Shown here in pieces: positions 24,001-35,300 of a stretch of 64,000 bases of DNA (positions within the stretch are counted from its first letter, which is position 1; each line of letters starts with the position of its first letter). The position numbers and the translations under genes are program-made. The stretch is taken from positions 186,001 to 250,000 of the forward strand of contig VJWM01000116.1 of assembly GCA_010909165.1 (NCBI GenBank). The letters are read 5' to 3'. Source of the stretch: Anthoceros angustus. Taxonomy: Eukaryota > Plantae > Anthocerotophyta. A model generated the notes under the pieces. It was not told the DNA's origin, searched no databases, and was given only the letters and a program-made list of their open reading frames with translations.

Positions 24001-25904
24001 CCGTGGGTCAAGAGCAGTGGGCAGACTGGCAAGCTGTGCTGGACGCTCTGACCAAAGCTGAAGACGGTGCTCAGGTGCCTGATGAGCTTACCGGGGTGAT
24101 GACGCATCCCAACGCCGTGCCACCAGAAAAACCTTCACCCGCTGGCAGGTTAACAGATTATGCCATACTCTCTTGTGGAACCGATTGACAGCAAATTGGA
24201 GAACGCGGCCCTGAACAAGCGCCTGGACAGCAAGTTGAAGGTTGTGTTCGGAGCCCTGGATGAAGAGCTGCAGAATGCGCTGAATGACATCCGAAGCTTG
24301 CTCGCTGGTTGGGACTGGAAGACAGTGGAGGCCATCCTTGGGACAGATCTTGATCATGGGAAGGACTTGATGAAGAAGCTGGCTGATCGGTCTCTCATAT
24401 CCCCCAAGGTGAGCAAGGGGGGGCGCTTGGCTCCGGTAGCCAACCTTACCAGGTACTCGGGGCCAGGTCCTTGGAAGACTAATGTGGTGGCTGTGGATGA
24501 GCGCGTCCTGCAGCCGTCCAATACCGTGGCCAGTCTGGTGGAGCTGGATCATCCTGAGGCTGTCACGCTGGACAGAATCCAGGGCGTGAAGTATCTGGTG
24601 GTGCACAACAGTTCACTGGACGCGACGTGGTCCCGTCACCTTGCTGATTTGAAGTTCTTGTACTGGAGTGTGAGCAGAGTTGGTGCGTCGACATCCTTCA
24701 CATTCCCTTTCCAGGGACCTCATGTTCTACCACAGTTGAAACTGCTGATCATTTATGGCAATCTCAATGTCCATCAGTTCACGGTGGGTTCCTCCTTCCT
24801 CCTCCTTCACATCATGGAGTCCATGGCAGGTTCTGAGCTGATTCTTACGGACTTGCTGTTGATGTCGTTCAGATACCTTCAGAGCTGCCCCGGCTCATCC
24901 TTGTCAACTGTGGTGCAACACAAGAGCTACCGGAGGCCATGTTCGTCTCAAGGAAGCTGGAAGAGCTCCGCCTGAGAGACTGTCGTAACCTGGCACGCCT
25001 CCGTCTGCCTCAAAGGAACAATCACCTGCAAACCCTCTGCCTGGACAGATGCCCCGCTCTGAAAACCTTGCCCAAAGCCATTTCCGGTTTGAGAGCTCTG
25101 CGAACCCTGGAGCTGCTCTCATGCGACGGCTTGGAGGAGCTGGAAGCAGCGGGCGTAGGGCGTCTGGAGAATCTACGAGCTCTCTCTGTCGTCGGCTGCA
25201 ACAAGCTTACGGCACTGCCTGACGACCTCGGAAATGTGTCCACACTCGAGTCCTTGAACCTATCCTTCTGCAGCAACCTCGGGGAGGTGCTGCAGATCGG
25301 TGATGGTTTGGGACAGCTGGAAGATCTCGACCTGACAGGTTGCTCATCGATCCGCAAGCTCTCACCGGACATCAAGATGCTCAAATCTCTGAGTAGACTG
25401 AGTCTGGTGGCTTGCTCCAACCTGGTGTCTCTCCCGGACGAGATCGGGGAGTTGCGGAACTTGCAGGACCTGGAGATGGGTTTTTGCATCCGAGTGCGAA
25501 ACCTGCCAGTGAGTCTCCTCAACCTGGCGTCTCTCCGCAGGCTGACGCTCACCAGGTGTTCCAGACTGAAGGAACTGCCGGAAGGTCTGGACGCGTTGAG
25601 CAGCCTGGAGTACCTCAATCTTCTGGGCTGCCAGGCACTGGACGTGTCCAAGTATTCGGAGGTGATCCAAAAGCTGCGGAACAACACGGCCGTGGTGCAC
25701 GCAGAGCCATCCGACTTGCGGACCCTTTACACCGGCCAGCAGCAGGGGAGCAGAACCGGATCGGCGGCCTACTGGTCCAACCCGACTGCTAACGTGTCGA
25801 GCCCTGTCGACAGAACGAGATTCCTCTCTGCTCCTTCTGCGTCTAGTCGTCCCATGGAACCTAGGACTGCGGGGGATAGACACAGCAGTATCGATGAAGA
25901 ATAG
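21067..25904 (+). CDS. Atypical NLR immune receptor: MLKL/Cbl-N-like four-helix N-terminus, degenerate NB-ARC (present twice because of a tandem duplication), C-terminal LRRs
   Basis: P-loop GVKGVGKS (22032 and 23442), Walker B VLFAFDNV, RNBS-B-like GSCILVSL, CEGLPLLLKAVG, WHD-like KLADRSLI, and about ten LxxLxLxxCxxLxxLP repeats (24939-25700). Inferred introns 21238-21344 (with CTAAC branch point), 21668-21772 and 24784-24872 restore the frame. Confidence 0.85.
21608..24415. repeat. Tandem duplication of a ~1.4-kb internal NLR segment (21608-23013 and 23014-24415)
   Basis: The sequence from GGCCGAGACCTTGTG to CCCAAGGTGAGCA occurs twice (offset about 1406). An imperfect GAGCA(G/A)GG microhomology marks the boundaries. 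The copies differ by complementary 1-5 nt indels. Confidence 0.9.
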
Positions 25905-25921
25905 TTGGCTAAGATTTGTCC

Positions 25922-28473
25922 TTACAAGGCAACTTTGCCTCGTATCCAAATGATCACCACACCTTCGCAGTCGGAGGTTGCAAGTAGGTTCTCTCCGTGG
26001 TTCCAAGCAACACCCACAACAGGAACGCTGTGCCCCTGAGCAGTAAAGAATGGACAGGATTTCAGCACAGTCCAGAGGATGATGTTGCAGGATAGAAGGA
26101 CGCTACGGAGCAGAAACCTGCAGCTTGTTGACGCATGGGGCCTTGGGCCGGGTCAGATCGTAGAACCCCACGGTGCCCTCCTCGCTCCCAGACACTGTCA
26201 CGGAGATCACAGGTGTCAGTGGCATGGAAGAGAAGGGAGGTGCTGAAGCGAGAGGGGCGGGGGTTGCTTCTCGGGAACCTATGAACTCGCCCCTCTCCAA
26301 TGACAGGAGTGGGCAGAAAGACGTCTTAATGCTTCTTGCCCGAGGGCCCAGGTGGAGGGAGAAGATCAGGAGCAGGGTGCCCTTCAAGGTCAGGGAGACA
26401 CTGTCACAAATCAAGCCTTGGTTGTGTTAAGGAGGATGGCATGTATCATGATGGGAGGCAGACGTTTGCGGAGAGAGCATCCAACCTGAAGAATCTCATG
26501 CTTCCATCACGATTGGAGGTGAGCAGTACAGGCTTGCCGGCGAGGTGTGAGAAGGTCTTGAATTGAACAGTTGTTGTTGCTGATTTGTGCCGCAGGCCAG
26601 CTCCATTTCGGTGAGCATGGGCCAGTGCAGCTGTGCGTTTCTCCACCGTAATGCTGTGAATTGTACCCTTCCAGAACACGATATCCTCTTCAGCGATGCT
26701 TCAAATGAGGAAAAGATTAGGACAGCTCGTCCATGCAGGTAGCAAGGTACCTGAGAGTCGCCAGCAAAAATGATGTTGCCAGTGCTATCAGTGTCCAGCG
26801 CTGTTATGTTGTTATCTACAGAAAGCTTGTGCAACACCCGGCCTGTGCTGAAATTGAACACCTGTGCGGTCACATGCATAGGAATTCAGAAGTCAGGGGC
26901 CGGCCACAAATGGTGTGGCGAAGCTTACTGTACACTGATGTGCAAATCACAGACTTACTGAGACGTTCTTACTTGAGTTGCCCACGAGGAGGAGGTTGTT
27001 ATTCACCTGCGTTAACACCACTCAGGAGAGATGAGAAGCTCGCGAAGATGGCTGAACGTTAATGTGATGGGCACTAAACAGAGTCAAGGACTTACAGGAT
27101 GAAACCGTATACAGAGCTGCGCACTCTTTTCGTATATGATCCGCACACATTGTCCCCCCTTGACGTCCCAGATTCTTACACTCTTGTCCACAGACGAGGA
27201 GCATATGTACCGATCATTCAACGACCAATCCAAATCTGCAACAATGGGAAAAGAAGGGGTTTGATAATAAGGATAGACACACTAAAACTATGCAGGAACA
27301 AACCCAGGCCACTGTGATAACTAGGCAGAGGGCTACAAACTATGCGGAACCGCAACAGTTGCAAACCAAAGTCATGCATAAATTGCAGGTAAAAGGGGCT
27401 GAATGTACCTGTGATTTCTTTGGTATGCCCATTGAGCTTGTGAAGAATGTGAGGAGGGTCGACCACTGTACAAACAGCCAGACTACCATCTGCTGCACCG
27501 TAAGCCAGCAGAGTCGAGCTGATGTGTGCAAATCGTACCACATTCACTGGACAGGGACATGGGACAAATGTTAAACCAAACCTAAATAAATGACAGGCAC
27601 TGCATGCATGTTCCTACTTGCATCAACTACTTGCTCAAATCATAGAGAAACAAACAACCTGAAGCCTTGGTTTCGTCAAACACGTGATGCATCCCGGCGA
27701 ATGAATAACCAGGTTCAGTGACAGCAGATCGTGGGTACAGTGACAAGCCAGTTGCACTAGACTCAAAGCTACCACGTGACACAAAGCTCGACGTCCTGCT
27801 AAGCCCATCCTGAGGAAGTGCACCATATGCTCAATAGTGAGAAGGCAAGGCGGAGGTTGCTTGAAACGCAACTGCATGGCTCCTGGACGGACACGACTCC
27901 ATCAAGCAAGCAAAGTTTTGACCTTAGGTGACCTCATATTGCTGCTGATGCTGCGTGGAGACCAAGAAAGCTGGAACGACTGCTGTCCATATCTGCTAGC
28001 AGAAGCATCAGACAACAGTGTCGCAATCCACAGCAGCTGTCACCACGTTTCTGCATGCTCAGCACCGGAGGCAACACTCACCTGTCTATCGGTAGAATGT
28101 CAGACACACTTGCTCTGCTCGACATCTCAGACACACTTGCCCTGCTCGACATCTCACATCGCTTGAGATACAGTAGGAACTCCCGGTATGCAACATAGCC
28201 CTTACCATTGCACTGCCATGTCTGCGCAACAGACTCCATACTCTCAACTCGACCACTTCTGTGCTAGAAGGAAATGCATATCCACACACAAGAGAGTGAC
28301 GACTTCACCCACAATCTTACATAGCGCTGCAGCCTGCCAGCGGACCGCTTCTTCTGCTCCAGGATGAACCTCCGAATGGCCGAATGAGCCGGGTCCTGGT
28401 CCAGTGCGACGGGAGCTGCAGGTGCTCCCGGAAGCTCGGCCGGATCAACTCCAGGTTTCACCTCGGCTTCCAT
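25922..28473 (-). CDS. WDR13: WD40-repeat protein, WDR13-like (multi-exon)
   Basis: N-terminus MEAEVKPGVD...DQDPAHSAIRRFILEQK, then VRFAHISSTLLAYGAADGSL, DLDWSLNDRYICSSSVDKSVRIWD, QVFNFSTGR, SFCPLLSLERGEFI and GSEEGTVGFYDLTRPKAPCVNKLQ. The last exon reads GHSVPVVGVAWNHGENLLATSDCEGVVIIW, stop at 25922-25924. Canonical short GT-AG introns. Confidence 0.85.
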
Positions 28474-29379
28474 CTTCCCAGCAGTTCCAGCCCTGGACAT
28501 CAGCCTGTCAAGTCCGCCATCCTGGACCCACTGCCGGCACAGATCCGCAAGACCTGCATCCTGCTCACACGGTTCGGTTCATCTTCCGAGGCCGCAGACA
28601 CACGAAGTGGAGAGATTCCTGGAGTAACGGTTGTGCGGTCTGGTATTCCCACTGCCCAGCATGCGAGCTTGGCACAGTGTTTGGTTTTGGGCTGGCAAAA
28701 TCGCAACGCTCTTGGCTGGGCTGCAAGGTGGGAGTCAGGACTCGGTTTAGCGCACCCGAGGTTGGGTCAGCGGGGTGGGTGGTGGTCAGGAGTCCCGGGA
28801 GGACCGTTCCGGCTCCTCAACATGCTCCGCCTCTCTCGCTCTCCATCTTCCCCCTCACCGCGCTGGCCATTCTGATGAGACCTGTGGCATCGCGGAGCGG
28901 GTGTACCGTTCCGCCGCGGGCTCCGCCTTTCTCGCTCCCGATTCCTGCTCTTCGCTCGTCTCCGATTGCTCCTGGTCCAGCACGCCTTGCTGCTGCCTAC
29001 TTCCCGATTGCCAATTCCGGATTCCAGTGCGCGTTTGCGTTGATCTGCATCTGCCGAGCTCGCCGTCTATGCGCTCTGCTTGCGCGCCAGTCTCGGAGTG
29101 CCTGCGCACCGGAGGCGCTGTAATCGTCTGCAACCGCTTTGGCAGGGGAGCTCTCACCAGGATGGGCTGGTCGCGGCTTTGGAGAGCCGGAATTCCGTAG
29201 TTCTGGCTTGTCTGCTGTGCAATTGCGCAATTGCGGCTGCACCTTTGGTCGGAGGAGATGGGCTGATGTGAAGCTGGGCGCTGCGGGGGAATCGGAGGTT
29301 TAAAGCTGCTGGTTTCGCAGCTACATTGTGCTGGAAGTTGGGTTGCGGCAACAGCGGAGGAGAATCAGGTGGCTGGAGG

Positions 29380-32300
29380 ATGGACCGCTCCCTCTTCGCC
29401 AATGGGTGCATTGTGGATGCCAAGCCTACCGACCTGCGTGCGTCCATGGTGACCAATGCCGTGGTGGGCGAGAGAGCAGTACCGGAGTCTTGTGCCAAGA
29501 ATGTGGCGTTTTCTGTGGTTTCTTGCTCGAGCCAGGTACACGGCCAAGCTGGTCAGGGCACAAGGCTTGTGTTGAATTGGGGGATGCGGAAACAGCAGTT
29601 GTGTGATGCCGAAGCTGACAATTTTGGTGGTGGGCGTTTGTCCAGGATGACGATTTTCCTGCTAGTGAACTGAACAAAGGAGTAGTTGGTAGAGGTTGGC
29701 AAAGCGCCAGGTGGGTTTTCAGCAGATTTGAGCTGCGGATGTGTTGCTGCGAACAGTCCGATGGATTTTTTGCCAGCTCTGAGACGGGTTGTGTACTTCA
29801 GGTTTTGTTACTACCCGCAGGAGCTAGTTGTAAATTTGCAGTTTCCCACTCGGGTTATCAACATGCAGCTCTTGTGTCATGAATTCAAGGTGCGTGCCTG
29901 GTCTACAGCTTGTTCCTGGGTCGATACAGTCTGGTCAAGCTTTCTGACATGAAGAAGTTAGGAAGATTCAGGTTTTCTCATCTAGCAAATGAAAACGATT
30001 TAATGATGGAATAACCATCTCAGATTCCTTCAAAGGTGGAGATCTATGTGGGGTTAGCACCATATTCTGAGCAGACCGCTGGTCAAATGAAGCGGCTTGG
30101 GTATTAAGTGCTGAACTTCACTGACATCCCTTAAGGGACTCAGCTTCTCGCTGTTTCTTGATTCACCCATGAATGTTCCCGTGAAGCTCACGCTCACAGG
30201 GGGATATATTGAGCAGGTACTTTTCCCTCGATCCTAATGATCGCAGTGGACACCAGGCCAGAGAGCTTAAAAGCATCCATGTCGATTCTGCAGCGTCAAG
30301 TGTGCGGCTTGTGCTGCATAGTTGCTACACAAATAAGCTCAATGCGCATAATCAGGTTTTAACCTTGCAGGCAATTGTTTTCTTTGACTGGCCTTAGCTC
30401 AAGCTGCAATTAGGCGACAGAGTGGTTTGTAGGTTGTGATCATCTACGTTCTGCCTCTCAAACTCAAATGTAGGACTGTGCCAGTATGATTTGAACTACG
30501 TGTTTGTTTTCTGTGGATGCTGTTTACTAAAGAAAGGAATCTGCGAATCACAAAGTACTCAGTAACTAAGAATTAAATTCTGATTAGGTGGGAATAGTTG
30601 CTCTTATAATAACTGGAGATCCTTCAAACGAGCAGCAGCTAGTGCAACATCAGAACGGACTAACTTCCCTTGTGCAGACTCCAAGGTACAGCTAACAATC
30701 ATGATTGCGTGTGGTTACACATGTTGTCTTGGGCTTACGAGCAGTGCGTAATGAGTGGTTCAGAGTTGCTTGGAATGAGCAGTTCTCAAGGTTGTTGATA
30801 CAATGGTGTTAGTAGTACAGGTTTTGAAGGCATGAGTCATTCTGAATTCTCGCAGTTTTTAAAAGCTGTCTCCTACATCCACTGCAATGGGTTTGGTCTG
30901 GCTGGAACTGGGTCAATCTGGTGATCTTGGGGGCCTCAGAACGGTATTGTGATGCACACAGTGTCTATGAAGCTACTTCTCAAGAATCAGACAGCTCGTC
31001 AATTTCCATGTCAAGATCGCAGGAGAGCTTTGGTACCGTTCCTTTCAGGTTGACCCTCTGTCTTCTGATTACCATGAAGTTGGTGGTAGACTGCCCTTTT
31101 GCTTGCTCATTTTGCCATAGATCTTTCTGCTTACTACAGGCCAGTTATGTGGGTTCAGGAAGCAGCTGACAGCATCCCGTGTCACGGATGGGACTTTGGG
31201 CTCAGTTGACACACTTACTGCATCTCGCATTCGGAAAGTATGCCCTCATCCTTATGCGTGTACTTCCATCATGATTTTTTTAGAGTTGGTTCTACTTTGT
31301 TGTTCATGTGTGAGAGACTTTCTGATTTGGCAGCTGCTTCAAGAGAAGACAACTGCTGTTCTAGAGGAAGACTATGATGAAGCCAAACGACTCAAGGTCT
31401 GTTCGTAGATTTATTTAAATACTTTCGTTTTTGAAATGACATCCAAAGACCTCTGCCAGAGCTTCACCTTTTTTTGCATAGACGGGCATTGATCTATCGT
31501 CTACGTCATACCTGTCCAGCCAGTGGGATTCATGAGTCAAGCCCTAAGTGAGGCAATAAAGTCTAGGTTGGAAGGAGGAAGGCTATGTTGAGCTTCATCT
31601 GTCAACTGAAATTGGTTGTTTCTGCTTTAGCGGAATGGCACCCTACATTGCTCTAACGTTCTCTGCATCTTGACGCTCTTGATGTGGGAGCAGGCTCTGA
31701 TTGAGAGGCTTAACGTGTTGGGGGAGAAAATCAAGGACCTTGAAGTGCAGAAACAATCAGCTGTTGAGGAGGAAGACTATGATACTGCAAAAGTGCTCAA
31801 GGCATGTAGTTTTCCAGGAGTTCATGTTGACCCAAATGCCAAACCGAATATAGCCTTGTGGGATTGCTGAACGTTTATCTGATTTTGGTGTTTGTTGCAG
31901 CTGGAGGTCCAGAAGCTGCGGCATGCAAGCGGTTTGTCCCATAATGGTACACACAATCCTAAAGCTGGGGCTGAAAGGTATGCAGTCAGTGACAGGTCTG
32001 GGGATGCTATCAGCGAGTGTGCAAGATGAGGGGATCTTGTTTAATTACATGTCCTTCTGATGTCCAGTGAACACGATGAAAGGGGTCATTCCAAATTCAA
32101 AGATGAAATAGCCACACCGTCACACCCAGTCTCAGAGGTACTTCGAAAATTCTTCATGGGAATCGAAGTTCAGAGTTGAAGGATTGCCTCTTCTAACGGT
32201 TGCCCTAATGATACTCAGGAAAGTTTGGAGCTCGTACAGTTTCCTGAGAACAGGAAGGAGAACATAAGGCAGAGCTTTGATGGGAGAATGGAGCTTGTAC

Positions 32301-35300
32301 AGTTTGCTGGAGATAGGAAAGAGAATGTGAGGCAGAGCTTCGATGGGAGGCCCGAGCTTGTACAGTTTGCTGGAGACAGGAAGGAGAATGTGAGGCAAAG
32401 CTTGGATGGGAGGACTTCACTTGATTCATCTGATGTTTCTGGAATTCGAAAGGATAACTTAAGGCACAGCTTTGAGGAGCGGAAGTCATTTGATCAAGCT
32501 GGGGCTGCTCAAAATGCTGATAATGGTCACATATCTGTGCTCAAGCAGGAGATCCCTACGCAGTTGAAGTCCATTGAACGAAGTGAGGATAAATTTGAGG
32601 AGATGTAGATGCCTGGTCTCTTGTTTACCTTTGGCGCATAAAAACGATAGGTTGTCCGTCCTTGCACTTTGTCAGTGCAGCAGATGATTGAATCAACCCA
32701 TCTTCATCTCAACCTTGCAGCTGCCAGTGATGTTGTGTTGATGGCTGAAAGGCCACCTCCTGAACTGCTGAAAGGTGGACCTGGAGTGGAGGATCTGCTG
32801 GTACCTGAGCCTCTTCCGGACTCTGTTCTGAAGGAGCTTGGTCCAGCTGTGGGTGTCATAGGCCAGCATCGCTTCGAGTGTTTATATAGCAAGCAGTGGC
32901 AGCTGCGAGATAGGACATTGCAAGAGTTGGAGAAGGACATGCTACGAAATAAATTAAAAGGGGATTCTCTCACAGCTTTCAGGTATTCTTGGCCTTCAGC
33001 GGTTTGAAACATGTGTGCCAAGCTTCCCATGGGAAATCACTGTTGTACAAGATTGTACGGGGCCGTTGACTTTAGAGTGAGAAACTTTTTCCCTATCAGC
33101 TTTTCTTAGGCATGTATCTCAATCATTTGCAGGGCAGTAAACAAGGTGCTTCTGAGAGCACTTGGTGATAAGGTGTCCAATGTGTTTCATACCTCTCTTC
33201 AGGTCTGATGCCCTCATTCAAATTGCAACTTCCAGTTTATTCATGCATGAGAAAACGTGTATGAAGGATTTTGTGAAAGTAGGCAGCATGAGCATGATGA
33301 CTACGAGTTCTAAAGGCTTAGCTCTCTACTTGCAGCTTCTGCGGTCACTTGTGACAAAGTATGCAGAAGAAGTGCCAACCAGGGACCTTCAAACGTGCGT
33401 GGCTGACCTGGCTGTTATCCTGATTGAAAAGATGGGTGACTCGAATGCAAGGATTAAGGAGGATGCTAGCAAAACTGTGATGTTTATTACATCTAAGAAG
33501 GAGATTGGGCTCCCTGTTATGGCTCCCCTTCTTCTGAAGCCAGCAAAATCTCTGGTGATCGCCCATTTGTGTTCAGTGTTGTGTGAACTCACAGAGTAAT
33601 TGGTGTACAAAGTATGACTTGAGGACAAGTGTTTAGTGTGCTAGTCTCCACCATGTGTGACAACAGAAGGCTCGTTGTCTTAGAGCTAATGCATTTATCT
33701 TTCCCAGGCTATATGGAAGCCAATACTGGGGCGACTGCAGCTGCTTCTATGTGCAATACCAATGTTTGGATTACTACCTCAAAGTAGAATAGGATTCAAT
33801 GCAGATGCCCTGATGGCTTTTGTTGTGCAAGGATTCAGCAGCCCAAATGGGGATGTTAGAAATGCAGCAGTAAAGGTGACCACTGAGGTTTATAAGCTGA
33901 TGGGGCCCCAGGTAGAAAAGTTTTTGAAAGGGATCAAGTCTGCCATCCGTGAGGTATTTATGCCTGTATTGTTACCAGGACTGCAAAAGTGTTGTTGCTC
34001 CCTTCACAAAACAGCCTTTCCCAAATTCTTCTTGCATTAGCTTATTACTTTGTGCCCCTACATGCAGGTCTTGACAGCAAACTTCGACAAAGTGGGGAAC
34101 AATGCGGGTGCGAGAAATGGCGCTCAGCCAGAAGTTTCTCCGAGAGGGAAGCGTCCTAGCTTGAAGTCCTTGATCAAAGCAGATAGTTTTGTGGACACAA
34201 AACAGGCAAGAGACGGGGAGCATTTCGTTGTTGCCGGTCATGGCAAGGTTAGGAACAGCCATGAAGACATGCAGGCGACAACTAGTTTCAGCAGAATGCC
34301 GGAAGACATGACCAAATCCATGAGCAAAATTCCTAGCCAGCTAACCAGTCAGGTATGTGAGCATATGCCTTGCACCCGACATGAGATTGATTTCATGTAG
34401 GCTCTTTGCTGTCCCTTTCTCATGAAGTCCACATTTTAGCAATGCATGCGAAGACTAACAAGATGTTTCTCGCTAGGACTCTTATGCTGAGATGATGCAG
34501 CTGTCTCATTCGATAAGCCCCTCAAAAGTGAGGGGACCTAAACCAAGACCAGCCCAACAAAATGGGGTGGATGTGTTTCCACAGGATCAGGTATCTCTTG
34601 CTTTACTTTGTAACTTTGGCTGAAGTAGCCGAAAGTTGTAACTTCATATCTTGCAGCTTTGGCAAGGGTGTATGTTGTGTGCTTATGGTGAAATTTTGCA
34701 GGCTGTACATGAAACCAGCCCCTCGAAAGGGAGAGGGCAAAATGGTCGTCAGAAGGGGATCGACATGGCCGAGTCTGGCTATCAGCAGGCTCAGGTGCTA
34801 CGTGCATGCTTGCTTGACGTTTGCGTCAGTGCAGGTTTCAAATAACTTGGAGACTGTCTCTGCATGGAGGATTGATGGGATGTTAATTGGCAGGATTATT
34901 ATGGTGAAATGATGCAGGCTGGTCAGCAAACAAGCCCAACAAAAGGGAGGGGGTCGAATGCACGGACTTCGCAGCAAAATGGGGTGGACCAGTCACAGTC
35001 TGGGTTCCAGCAGGCTCAGGTATGCATGCCTTCTCTCGCCTGACAAGGGTTGAAAGTTTACTCATTCATCACAGGCCAGAAGGTGCATAGTACTGGTCAA
35101 ATTCTACGTGCCCCCTTAGAGCTTACAGGTTACGCGTATAGAATCTGCATCATATGATGTCTAGGAGAAGATCGGGGCAAAATATGATGGGGGCAAAATA
35201 TAGTGCTGGATGATCCCCAGTCCATTACCTCCAAAGCATGGCTGCTGACAATCTATTTCCAATATCAGTGGCGTCTTTGAATGGTGAACTTGCTGGGAAC

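Noticed and set aside
32225-32420. CRISPR-like array interpretation of the 63-bp and 60-bp repeats
   Set aside because: The context is eukaryotic, the units are contiguous without unique spacers, there are no cas genes, and the 63-bp unit is in-frame coding.
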